A stretch of 38,097 nucleotides of DNA, from the IMG/VR virus record IMGVR_UViG_2778261087_000005; one strand, given 5' to 3'. The number at the start of each line of letters is the position of its first letter. The stretch's first letter is position 1. The notes beneath the pieces were generated by a model. That model worked only from the letters and a program-made list of their open reading frames with translations, searched no databases and was not told the DNA's origin. This DNA comes from a virus. Its lineage: Duplodnaviria; Heunggongvirae; Uroviricota; Caudoviricetes. A program made the translations under genes and the position numbers. Shown piece after piece: positions 16,053 through 24,632 of the stretch.

Positions 16053-16560
16053 GAAAAGCGGCGCGGCGGGCATTGTCTGCTCCGTAGGAACGATCATCGC
16101 CATTGTGGTGAATGCGGGCCATGTCAGGACTAACGAGCGCGGGCTAGAGTTAATCGGTAACGCTGAGTCTTGCCTGCGTGATCCATATGTCTGCCCGGCA
16201 GGTGTGCTGACTGACGGTATGGGTAATACGCATGGCGTAAAACTAGGCACCGTTAAGTCTGACCAACAGATCGCAGCCGAGTGGGAGCGCAACATCCTTG
16301 ATGCTGAGTCCTGTGTTAACCGCTACGGGAATGGCAGAAAGCTATCTGACGATACTTTCTCTGCGGCTGTATCGGTAACGTTTCGTGCTGGCTGCGGAAA
16401 CATGCGAACCTCCACGATGTTCTCTCTTCTCAGAAGTGGAGACATCACGGCGGCATGCAACCAGTTCCCTCGCTGGGTATGGGGTGGAGGCAAGGTTCTT
16501 CCTGGTCTGGTCACTCGCGCCGGGAAAGAAAAGTCGCTCTGCCTGGATGGTGTGAAATGA
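16030..16560 (+). CDS. SAR endolysin (phage lysozyme, P21 R-like)
   Basis: N-terminal signal-anchor-release segment ([21 protein letters not shown]); C-terminal region closely resembles P21-type lysozyme ([35 protein letters not shown]); GTG start overlaps the holin end. Confidence 0.85.
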   Translation: MAQLKLSKKSGAAGIVCSVGTIIAIVVNAGHVRTNERGLELIGNAESCLRDPYVCPAGVLTDGMGNTHGVKLGTVKSDQQIAAEWERNILDAESCVNRYGNGRKLSDDTFSAAVSVTFRAGCGNMRTSTMFSLLRSGDITAACNQFPRWVWGGGKVLPGLVTRAGKEKSLCLDGVK

Positions 16561-16934
16561 GCCGCCTTACCGCCATCATCGCCGTAGTGGTTGTCTGCCT
16601 GCTGGTTTCCGTGGCTTGGGCGATTAACCACTACCGCGACAACGCCATCACCTACAAAGACCAGCGCGATAAAGCGACGGTTCGGGCCGACACATCGGAA
16701 GCGATCACTAACAACGTGATCACCACGATAAACCTCATTCGTGACATCTCACAGGCTACACAGAATGCAAAGAACGAACTGGCTCGAAAGGGCGAGACGC
16801 GCATTGTCTACATCAGGCAGGCGCTTGAAGGTGATCCGTGCGCTAACCAGCTTGTTCCTTCTGCCGCTGCTGACAGCCTGCGGGAATACGCAGACAGTTT
16901 ACGTTCCGGCCCCGGTGGTGCCGATAAGCGCTGA
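16557..16934 (+). CDS. Rz-like inner-membrane spanin
   Basis: ATG 16557 overlaps the endolysin stop (ATGA); N-terminal TM ([18 protein letters not shown]) and polar periplasmic domain. Confidence 0.65.
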   Translation: MSRLTAIIAVVVVCLLVSVAWAINHYRDNAITYKDQRDKATVRADTSEAITNNVITTINLIRDISQATQNAKNELARKGETRIVYIRQALEGDPCANQLVPSAAADSLREYADSLRSGPGGADKR

Positions 16935-17112
16935 CCTGACCGCAGACACGCCGATCCCGGGAATGGTGGTTCCGTTCACTTGGCAGGCAAGTCTGGAGTT
17001 AAACGCTCAGCTTTATACGGCGTTGGGGCAGTGCAATCTAGATAAGGCTGGTATAAGGAAAATCGAGAATTCAAGACTTGGTTCACGAATCAGAATTTTG
17101 AAAGCTAACTAA
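16825..17112 (+). CDS. Rz1-like outer-membrane lipoprotein spanin (overlapping Rz in another frame)
   Basis: Starts inside Rz in another frame (TTG 16825 or GTG 16831); signal peptide with lipobox LLTAC; Pro-rich mature region; extends 178 nt past the Rz stop. Confidence 0.5.
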   Translation: MKVIRALTSLFLLPLLTACGNTQTVYVPAPVVPISADLTADTPIPGMVVPFTWQASLELNAQLYTALGQCNLDKAGIRKIENSRLGSRIRILKAN

Positions 17113-17150
17113 CTATAAGTATGATGTTTTCTCCAACATAAGGAGTGAAC

Positions 17151-17420
17151 ATGGAACGTAATAAACTGGTAAGCACTTTAAGATTCGTAAGCGCAAAAAC
17201 AGCAAACTCATTTAAATATGAAATCTATATCGATTTGGATGGTAATCCGCCTTTTGCGGTTCTTTACACGGAAGTGAAGATGGGTACCGATTTAGACCCA
17301 AGAAACTTAGGTGACCGCTATGTTTGGGTGAAGATTGATGGGTATATTCGCCTAAATGGCCCAGACATTGAGCAGTTAGAAAGTGAGTGCGAGACGCATA
17401 TTAAACAGATGCTTGTTTAA
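17151..17420 (+). CDS. Hypothetical 89-aa protein (AT-rich cargo gene after the lysis cassette)
   Basis: ATG 17151 with SD AAGGAG 5 nt upstream; own terminator; shares motifs with the 79-aa protein at 15051. Confidence 0.6.
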   Translation: MERNKLVSTLRFVSAKTANSFKYEIYIDLDGNPPFAVLYTEVKMGTDLDPRNLGDRYVWVKIDGYIRLNGPDIEQLESECETHIKQMLV

Positions 17421-17432
17421 AGCGTAGTAGAT

Positions 17433-17453
17433 GCCGCCTTCGGGCGGTTTTTT
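17433..17453 (+). terminator. Intrinsic terminator
   Basis: CCGCC-uucg-GGCGG hairpin followed by UUUUUU. Confidence 0.7.
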
Positions 17454-17488
17454 ATTGCTATCACCATGAGTAGGCTCATCGTAATGGC

Positions 17489-17538
17489 AATATCCCTTTC
17501 AAGGGATAAACACCTGAATATCCCTTTAAGCGGATAAA
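17489..17538. repeat. Two copies of a 22-bp motif upstream of the terminase genes
   Basis: AATATCCCTTTCAAGGGATAAA (17489-17510, internally palindromic TATCCCTT/AAGGGATA) and AATATCCCTTTAAGCGGATAAA (17517-17538). Confidence 0.5.
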
Positions 17539-17548
17539 GAGGCTCTCA

Positions 17549-17767
17549 ATGTCCGATATCTACCAAATCACGCTAACCACCCAAACAGACGAAACCTTCA
17601 CAGGCAAGATGTCACGACGTCAGCCTGAGTTGGTTAACGGTTTTGTGCCGCTGGCGAACGAGGATGGTGAGTGGCTGTACTTCATTCCAACTGATGTGAA
17701 GCGCATGAGGTTCACGCCAGTACCGGCAGAGCAGACCGAACAGCCAGCAGAACAAACAACGGAGTAA
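17549..17767 (+). CDS. Hypothetical small protein preceding terminase
   Basis: 72-aa ORF with SD AGAGG 6 nt upstream. Confidence 0.5.
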   Translation: MSDIYQITLTTQTDETFTGKMSRRQPELVNGFVPLANEDGEWLYFIPTDVKRMRFTPVPAEQTEQPAEQTTE

Positions 17768-17770
17768 CGA

Positions 17771-18373
17771 ATGAGCAAACCGGACTGGGAGGCCATCGAG
17801 ACGGCGTACCGGGCCGGAGTGATGTCCCTCCGAGAAATAGCATCACAACATGGGATCAGCGAAGGCGCTATCCGCAAGCGTGCCAAGCGTGACGACTGGT
17901 CGCGTGATCTCAATGCTAAGGTGAAAGAACGCGCTGACGATCTGGTACGCAAAGCTGAGGTACGCAAACAGGTACGCAGTGAAGTTACTTTTAACGAGCG
18001 CGTACTCATCGAGGCGACAGCTGAGGTAATTGCCAACGTCCGCATGGAGCATCGCGGCGACATTAAGCGCGCCCGGCAGATAACCAACGCCCTGTTTGAT
18101 GAGTTGGGCGCGGAGTGCGCAGACGTGGCCGCACTGGAGAGGCTCGGAGAGTTGATGTTTAACCCTGACGATAAGGGCCAGGACAAGCTCAATGAGATTT
18201 ACCACAAGGTAATCAGCATGCCTGAGCGCGTTAAGTCCGTTAAGGCACTGAGTGACGCGCTGAAGAATCTAATCGGGCTTGAGCGGCAGGCATACGATAT
18301 TGACGGGCCGGAAGGCGACAACTCTGTTAAGCAACTTTCTGACCTGATGGATTCACTGTCTCAGGGGGCGTAA
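17771..18373 (+). CDS. Terminase small subunit
   Basis: 200 aa; N-terminal HTH (MSLREIASQHGISEGAIRKRAKRDDW); immediately upstream of the large subunit with TAATG overlap. Confidence 0.75.
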   Translation: MSKPDWEAIETAYRAGVMSLREIASQHGISEGAIRKRAKRDDWSRDLNAKVKERADDLVRKAEVRKQVRSEVTFNERVLIEATAEVIANVRMEHRGDIKRARQITNALFDELGAECADVAALERLGELMFNPDDKGQDKLNEIYHKVISMPERVKSVKALSDALKNLIGLERQAYDIDGPEGDNSVKQLSDLMDSLSQGA

Positions 18374-19845
18374 TGAAACCTGAGCACCTCAAGCTGCTGT
18401 CCGATAAAGGCTGGCGGCTGAATAATCTTTACTGGATCACCGACAAAGAGGGAAAGCCTACGCGGTTCAGGATGACGCCTGAGCAGCGGGAATACTTCGA
18501 GGGGATCCACACCCGCAACATCATCCTAAAAGCACGTCAGCTCGGTTTCACGACTGAAGTCTGCATCATCCAGCTCGACGCAGCCCTGTTCGAGTCGGCG
18601 AAGTGCGCCCTGATTGCCCACACGCTGAATGACGCAAAGCGCCTGTTCCGCGAAAAGGTGAAGTACGCATACGACAAGCTGCCGACTGAGATAAAGGCGG
18701 CCAACCCGGCGAGTAATGACTCTTCTGGTGAGCTCGTCTTTAAGAAGGGCGGATCACTCTACGTAAGCACGTCATTTCGTGGCGGTACGCTGCGTTACCT
18801 GCACGTTTCCGAGTTCGGCAAAATATGCGCCAAGTATCCGGACAAAGCCCGTGAAATCGTCACTGGTGCGTTTGAGGCGGTATCGACTGGATGCTTCGCT
18901 ACTATCGAGAGCACGGCAGAGGGCCGGGCGGGTTACTTCTTCGATTACTGCCAGACGGCAGAGAAAGCGCTGCTGCAGGGTAAAACGCTATCCGCGCTGG
19001 ACTGGAAGTTTTTCTTCTTCTCCTGGTGGAAGAACCCGCAGTACGCAATCGACCCGGTCGAACCTCTTCCTGTGCGCCTGCTGGAATACTTCGCTGAGAT
19101 GGAAGCGAAGCACGGCGTAGTCGTCAACGAACGCCAGAAAGCTTGGTACTACGCCAAAGAGAAAACGCTCGGCGACGACATGAAGCGCGAATACCCGACC
19201 ATTCCGGCCGAGGCGTTCCAGCAGTCGGTCGAGGGTGCGTACTACGCCAAGCAGTTCCGTTGGCTCTACACCAACAAGCGGATCGGCCAAATCCCGGATA
19301 ACTCGCACCTCCCGGTGCACACGTTCTGGGATATCGGTGTGGGTGACTCCACGGCTATCTGGTTCGTTCGCGAGGTTGGCGAAGAATTCCATGTTATCGA
19401 CTACTACGAAAACTCCGGCGAGGGGCTCAGGCACTACATGAAGGTGCTGAAAGACCGCGGCTATGAGTACGGCGAGCATTGGGGCCCGCACGACATTGAG
19501 AACCGTGAATTCGGCGCTGATGCCAAATCGCGCAAAGAGCTCGCGCAGGAAGGCTATGAAATCGACGGCCAGGTGTACTCGATGACCTTCAATGTTGTTC
19601 CGAAAACGGGTGTCGATACCGGCATTGAGTCGGTGCGTGAAATTCTCCCGTCCTGCGTCTTCGATGAGGAGAAATGTGCCGAGGGCATATCTCACCTCGA
19701 AGGCTACCGCAAGGAGTGGGACGACAAGCGCGGATGCTGGAAAGACAAACCGCTTCATGACTTCACATCACACGGTGCTGACGGCTTCCGTTACTTTGCA
19801 GTAGCGAAGAACAACCACAAGCAGGTCGGCGCAGTATTCTTCTAA
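18373..19845 (+). CDS. Terminase large subunit
   Basis: 490 aa; ATPase-like N-terminus and nuclease-like C-terminal domain; conserved position. Confidence 0.85.
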   Translation: MKPEHLKLLSDKGWRLNNLYWITDKEGKPTRFRMTPEQREYFEGIHTRNIILKARQLGFTTEVCIIQLDAALFESAKCALIAHTLNDAKRLFREKVKYAYDKLPTEIKAANPASNDSSGELVFKKGGSLYVSTSFRGGTLRYLHVSEFGKICAKYPDKAREIVTGAFEAVSTGCFATIESTAEGRAGYFFDYCQTAEKALLQGKTLSALDWKFFFFSWWKNPQYAIDPVEPLPVRLLEYFAEMEAKHGVVVNERQKAWYYAKEKTLGDDMKREYPTIPAEAFQQSVEGAYYAKQFRWLYTNKRIGQIPDNSHLPVHTFWDIGVGDSTAIWFVREVGEEFHVIDYYENSGEGLRHYMKVLKDRGYEYGEHWGPHDIENREFGADAKSRKELAQEGYEIDGQVYSMTFNVVPKTGVDTGIESVREILPSCVFDEEKCAEGISHLEGYRKEWDDKRGCWKDKPLHDFTSHGADGFRYFAVAKNNHKQVGAVFF

Positions 19846-19856
19846 GGAGCTCATCA

Positions 19857-21317
19857 GTGAGTGAACAACAAGGCGAGGTTTCATTCCTCGTTAATGCCCT
19901 TGCTGATGCTATCGGGCGGCAGCGCATGCTGTACGCAGGCCAGCCGGGAAACACCAAACGCACGAAGTTGTGGGATGAGTTCGGCTATCCAAACAGTCTC
20001 GAGTTCGACCGCTACTACCGGGCATACGAGCGCAACGCGGTGGCGTTTGCCGCAGTCCATAAGCTTCTTGATTCGTGCTGGGTTGATAACCCGACGATCA
20101 TCGACGGCGACGACGGTAAGGAGTCAACCGAGACAACGGACTGGGAAAAGTCAGCCACTAAGCTGCTGAAGAAGCACTGGCCGAAAATTAAGGACGCGGA
20201 TCGCCGCAATCTCGTTGGCCGATACTCAGCATTGCTCATTCAGTTCCGGGACGGGAGGGAATGGCACGAGCCAGTCGACCGCGCGAAGGTTAAATCCCTA
20301 CGGAATATCGGTAACGGACCCATTGTTAAGCTGATCCCCGCGTGGGAATCGCAGATAAAGCCGGGTAATTTCGATACCGACACGCTTTCAGAAACCTACG
20401 GCCAGCCAGTTTCGTACAACTTCAACGAGCAGCCCGTTGGTGATGATGGCACGTACGGCCCGGTGCGCGGCGTTACCGTACACCCCGAGCGAATCATCAT
20501 CCTCTGCGAAGGCTCAGAAGACGAGAACATGCTCTCTGGCGTGCCATTCCTGCGCGCTGGTTACAACAAACTTCTCGACCTTGAAAAGGTATCGGGTGGT
20601 AGTGCTGAAGGGTTCCTGAAGAATGCCAGTCGCCAGCTCGGGATTGCGTTCGACAAAGAAACCAACATTGCGAACCTGACAAAGGCGGCCACAGACGCAG
20701 GCTACAAAGACCTGGGTGAAGCGCTTAACGACAAAGTCGCCAAGATGAACCGTGGCACAGATGCTGTCCTGGTAATGCAGGCCGGCACGCCGTCGGTGCT
20801 TTCCGTAGCAGCCGCCGATCCATCCCCAACATGGACGGTGGCCGCCAACGAGTTTGCATCCTCGATTCAGTGCCCGTTCACCATACTGTTTGGTCAACAG
20901 ACAGGGCGCCTTGCCTCCGATGAGGACAAAACAGACTGGGCTAAGCGCTGTAACGGCCGCCGCTGGGGATTCCAGTCGACGATTGTAGAGAGCGTGCTGG
21001 AGCGCTTCTGGACCGTAGGCGTCATTGACCCGCCATCATCCGGAGAGGTCACGCTGGCATGGTCTGATCTGCTCGCGCCGAGCGAAAAAGAGAAAATTGC
21101 CAACATGCAGGCAATGGCTGTTGTGGCGAAGGATACTCAGCAGGCATACGGCACACCGGCGGTGGATGAAAACGAAATCCGCGCGGTCGGCGAGCTGGAG
21201 CCTCGCAAGGTCGTTCAGCCACCTAACCCTGATGTAAAGCAAACCGATAAGGATCCGCTGACAGATGATGATGACAGCGCAAACCAGAATCGGGACGCCA
21301 ATCGTACCGCGCAATAA
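19857..21317 (+). CDS. Portal protein
   Basis: 486-aa ORF directly after TerL; GTG start with SD AAGGAG; acidic C-terminus; family (DUF1073-like) recalled, not verified. Confidence 0.7.
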   Translation: MSEQQGEVSFLVNALADAIGRQRMLYAGQPGNTKRTKLWDEFGYPNSLEFDRYYRAYERNAVAFAAVHKLLDSCWVDNPTIIDGDDGKESTETTDWEKSATKLLKKHWPKIKDADRRNLVGRYSALLIQFRDGREWHEPVDRAKVKSLRNIGNGPIVKLIPAWESQIKPGNFDTDTLSETYGQPVSYNFNEQPVGDDGTYGPVRGVTVHPERIIILCEGSEDENMLSGVPFLRAGYNKLLDLEKVSGGSAEGFLKNASRQLGIAFDKETNIANLTKAATDAGYKDLGEALNDKVAKMNRGTDAVLVMQAGTPSVLSVAAADPSPTWTVAANEFASSIQCPFTILFGQQTGRLASDEDKTDWAKRCNGRRWGFQSTIVESVLERFWTVGVIDPPSSGEVTLAWSDLLAPSEKEKIANMQAMAVVAKDTQQAYGTPAVDENEIRAVGELEPRKVVQPPNPDVKQTDKDPLTDDDDSANQNRDANRTAQ

Positions 21318-22248
21318 AGCTGACCCTACGCAGTCCTCGCGGCAGGTCAGCAGGATTTTCAACGATATCGAAGATAGGTATCTGAACATCAAGCGCAGGC
21401 TTAGGGCTCTGCTTGATCTGCGGCTGACCGGGCAGCAGCGTGAGGAGAACGCACAGCAGTCCTGGATGATGTGCAACAACGAGGGCGCAGAGCCTTTGCT
21501 GTATCAGGTCAATGCCGGTAAGTTCATCTATGACATGACCGCCGCTGAGTTGGCCGACCTGTTACAGGTTGTGCAATCTATTCTGGATGACGAGCTTCTC
21601 GATGGTGGTAGTCAGAACCTCTGGGCGATGGATTACGTCATTGCGGAGTATGATCGCGGCACGCTAAACGCCTTCACCAACCTTTCGGTGCAGTCGCAGG
21701 TGTACGCCAGCCAGACGACGCTACAGCAACTTTTAAGCAGCCCGGGCTATCTGAACCAGATAGCGTCAGCCAGGCTGACAACGTTTAGCTACTGGAAGGT
21801 TATCAGCGATACCGCCCGCGCCGATCTGACCAACATCATCACTGACGCAGTAGCGCGCGGGGTTAATCCTCGCGAAACAGCCAGCGTTATCAGTAAGCGC
21901 CTCGATGTGTCGATGTCGAAGGCGAAGAACATCGCTCAGACCGAGCAGGTCGGCGCGCTGCGGCAGGCTCAGTGGAATGAATCGGACTGGGCTGCTGACC
22001 GGCTGGGGCTGAATACCGGCCTGTTATGGCTTTCTGCGCTCAAGCTAACAACGCGAACCTGGCACGCCAGCCGCCACGGCAAGGTCTACACCACTGAAGA
22101 GGTGCGGGACTTCTACGCCGAGAACGGCAACCGGTACAACTGCTATTGCAGTCAGATCCCTGTGCTACTTAATGACGATGGCAGTATCTTCAATGAAGGG
22201 TTGGCAGATAAGCTGAAGAAAGAACGCCAGAAGTGGTCCGCTCGGTAG
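21265..22248 (+). CDS. Head morphogenesis protein (Mu F / SPP1 gp7-like)
   Basis: 327 aa following the portal; start overlaps the portal 3' end; exact start uncertain. Confidence 0.6.
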   Translation: MMMTAQTRIGTPIVPRNKADPTQSSRQVSRIFNDIEDRYLNIKRRLRALLDLRLTGQQREENAQQSWMMCNNEGAEPLLYQVNAGKFIYDMTAAELADLLQVVQSILDDELLDGGSQNLWAMDYVIAEYDRGTLNAFTNLSVQSQVYASQTTLQQLLSSPGYLNQIASARLTTFSYWKVISDTARADLTNIITDAVARGVNPRETASVISKRLDVSMSKAKNIAQTEQVGALRQAQWNESDWAADRLGLNTGLLWLSALKLTTRTWHASRHGKVYTTEEVRDFYAENGNRYNCYCSQIPVLLNDDGSIFNEGLADKLKKERQKWSAR

Positions 22249-22305
22249 ACATTTACGTATTAAATATATATAAAACAGCATTAAAATTTTTACGGATGGA
22301 AAATA

Positions 22306-22746
22306 ATGCGGAAGATTTTGTCTTGGATCGGAGGGCTCATCGCAATAACGTCGGGAGTGGTTACGCTTGTTGCTTTCTTTCTTCCACAGTACGTACCCGA
22401 GCAAACCAGATTAGCCATTGGGCGCTTTCTTGAGTTTATGAAGGTAAACCCATATGGCACTCTTATTACGATTGTGTGCTTAGTACTTTTAGCTGTAGTT
22501 TGGATGTTAAGCAGTAAAGTGATTGAGCTTACTAAAGGAACCAAGCTATTCGCCATGTGCGGATTGTACTGGAGCAAAGACAATCAGCCTTTTTGCCCAA
22601 AGTGTAAAGAACCAGCTTCAGTGCATGACGATGATGAGTCTTATCGCTGTAATTCATGCGGAAGAATTATTTTTCCCAGTTTCGAGTCTAAACAAATATC
22701 CATCACGAAAGCTCTGCAAATAGTAAATTCAAAAAGAGGTCGCTAA
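22306..22746 (+). CDS. Membrane-anchored zinc-ribbon protein (AT-rich cargo gene inside the head module)
   Basis: 146 aa; two predicted TM helices; C-terminal CPKC...x18...CNSCG zinc ribbon; AT-rich; stop codon lies inside its own terminator hairpin. Confidence 0.65.
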   Translation: MRKILSWIGGLIAITSGVVTLVAFFLPQYVPEQTRLAIGRFLEFMKVNPYGTLITIVCLVLLAVVWMLSSKVIELTKGTKLFAMCGLYWSKDNQPFCPKCKEPASVHDDDESYRCNSCGRIIFPSFESKQISITKALQIVNSKRGR

Positions 22747-22762
22747 GGCGGCCTTTTTTTTT
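22737..22762 (+). terminator. Intrinsic terminator
   Basis: AGGUCGC-uaag-GCGGCCU followed by 8-9 U; near-identical to the hairpin at 15309. Confidence 0.7.
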
Positions 22763-22790
22763 GCCAAAAACTCATCAATGAGGACCCAGC

Positions 22791-24185
22791 ATGAAACGCA
22801 ACCGCGTTAACGTGCTGACCGTCGTCAACTCCGCTTCAAACATCACCACCGAAACCATCGACGGCAAGCCACATATCGTGGTTCGCGGCATCACGCCTGT
22901 CGTGGACGATATCGTGATGAACCGGAAGTTGTACCCGGCAGCAGAAATCGAAAAGGCCTACAACACGCTTGAGCGTAACCCGATGCCGCTGGGCCATCCG
23001 AAAGTGGACGGCAAGCATGTTTCGGCGCGCGATGTCCGGGCGGTGAATGAATACCACGTCGGCGCCTGGCTTCAGAACGTCAGCCACAAAGACGGGAAGG
23101 TGACGGGCGACATGTACGTTAACCGCCAGTACGCCGAGTCGAGCGACAAGGGCAAACTCCTCATCAACCGCCTGGATGAGATGCTGGCCGGTACCAACTC
23201 CGACCCTATCCACATTTCCACCGGCCTGCTGTATTCCGGCATTGCCGCCAACGGCGAATCGAAGGGCAAGAAGTACAACGAGATCGCCACGAACATGATG
23301 TTTGACCATGTGGCGGTGCTGCTTGATGAGCCTGGTGCAGGTACGCCGGAGGAGGGCGTTGGCATCTTTGTTAACTCAGAAGGTGATGAGCAACAGATTG
23401 AAGTTGCCCGCCTTACTGATGGTATCGACTGTACCCGCGATGGCCTGCTCAACAAAACCAAATTCTTCTTCACCAATGCCTCCAACTTCTCTTTCGACGA
23501 CATCTCCCGCGCTATCAGCGACAAGCTGCGCGAGGGGGACGCCGAAGATAAGTGGCTTTGGCCTGAAACGGTGTGGCCGGACAGCTTCATCTACCGCAAT
23601 GACACCAAATACCTGAAACAGAAGTACCTCATCGATGATGACGGCAAGGCCGTGCTCGTCGGCGAACCTGTAGAAGTCGTGCGCAAACCCACTGAGTACG
23701 AGATTAAAACCAACGGAGAGAACGATCCGATGAAAGAACTGATTATCAATGCGCTGCAAGCCGCTGGTAAGCCGACTGAAGGCAAGTCCGACGCCGAGCT
23801 GATGGACGCATACAACCAGATGGCCGCCGAAAAGGCAGCGAAAACAGAAACGCCTGAAGAAAAGGCCGCCCGCGAGAAGAAAGAAGCGGACGACAAGAAG
23901 TCGAAAGAGCAGGCCAACAACAACGAAGAAATGCCCGGTTGGGCTAAGTTGCTGAGTGAGCAAGTTACCGCCATTAACAGCCAGCTCAATGCCAACTCTG
24001 ACAAAGAGAAAGGCGAAAAGCGTGCTGCAGTCAAAGCCAAGTTTCTGCTCGACGACATCGCTGTTAACGCACTCGATGGCGCTGCACTCGATGGTCTTTA
24101 TGCGCAGTGCCAGACCTCTGTCGGCCTGAATGGTGCATTCCGCCAGGTCAATTCCTCTCAATCAGTCAGCGAAATGCCGGAGTAA
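22791..24185 (+). CDS. Putative prohead scaffold/protease protein
   Basis: 464 aa; Lys/Glu/Ala-rich coiled-coil-like C-terminal region; position between morphogenesis and capsid genes; SD GAGGA. Confidence 0.5.
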   Translation: MKRNRVNVLTVVNSASNITTETIDGKPHIVVRGITPVVDDIVMNRKLYPAAEIEKAYNTLERNPMPLGHPKVDGKHVSARDVRAVNEYHVGAWLQNVSHKDGKVTGDMYVNRQYAESSDKGKLLINRLDEMLAGTNSDPIHISTGLLYSGIAANGESKGKKYNEIATNMMFDHVAVLLDEPGAGTPEEGVGIFVNSEGDEQQIEVARLTDGIDCTRDGLLNKTKFFFTNASNFSFDDISRAISDKLREGDAEDKWLWPETVWPDSFIYRNDTKYLKQKYLIDDDGKAVLVGEPVEVVRKPTEYEIKTNGENDPMKELIINALQAAGKPTEGKSDAELMDAYNQMAAEKAAKTETPEEKAAREKKEADDKKSKEQANNNEEMPGWAKLLSEQVTAINSQLNANSDKEKGEKRAAVKAKFLLDDIAVNALDGAALDGLYAQCQTSVGLNGAFRQVNSSQSVSEMPE

Positions 24186-24188
24186 AAA

Positions 24189-24623
24189 ATGGCTAAAGAT
24201 GGAAAGCATATCATTCACGCTGGTGGCGTGTTCCCTAATCCGCTGCTTAACCGTGAAGGCGCAGCTGCGGCATCCACTCCACCAGGCACAATTGGCTTCT
24301 TCAGCTCGGCGGATAAGTTTACCGCTTCGGTAGCAGGTAATGAGGCTGCAATCCTTTATGTTGCAAACAAAGATTACCTGCGCTGCTTGTCAGTTGATGA
24401 CGCTATCCCTGCGGGTGAGTTGGTGGTGGGTATTCAACCGCTGCCTGGCATGTTCTTAAACGTACGTGCGGCCGCTGGCACCTACACCAAGGGGCAAGCC
24501 CTATCTATTGCAAACGGCCGAGTCAAAGTGGCTGCTGGCGACGAGTCAGTGCGCTGCTACGTCGAGGAAGACAAATCATACACAACGGCAGCAGGCGATC
24601 TGCTTCGTGTCGTAATCAAGTAA
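24189..24623 (+). CDS. Head-associated structural protein (decoration-like)
   Basis: 144-aa ORF immediately upstream of the major capsid gene. Confidence 0.5.
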   Translation: MAKDGKHIIHAGGVFPNPLLNREGAAAASTPPGTIGFFSSADKFTASVAGNEAAILYVANKDYLRCLSVDDAIPAGELVVGIQPLPGMFLNVRAAAGTYTKGQALSIANGRVKVAAGDESVRCYVEEDKSYTTAAGDLLRVVIK

Positions 24624-24632
24624 GGGGCAGAT

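Noticed and set aside
18988-19758. 256-aa minus-strand ORF
   Set aside because: Entirely antisense to the terminase large subunit, which has strong family support; no SD or operon context.
23376-24161. 261-aa and 155-aa minus-strand ORFs
   Set aside because: Antisense to the scaffold gene; repetitive low-complexity translation mirrors the Lys/Glu/Ala-rich sense sequence.
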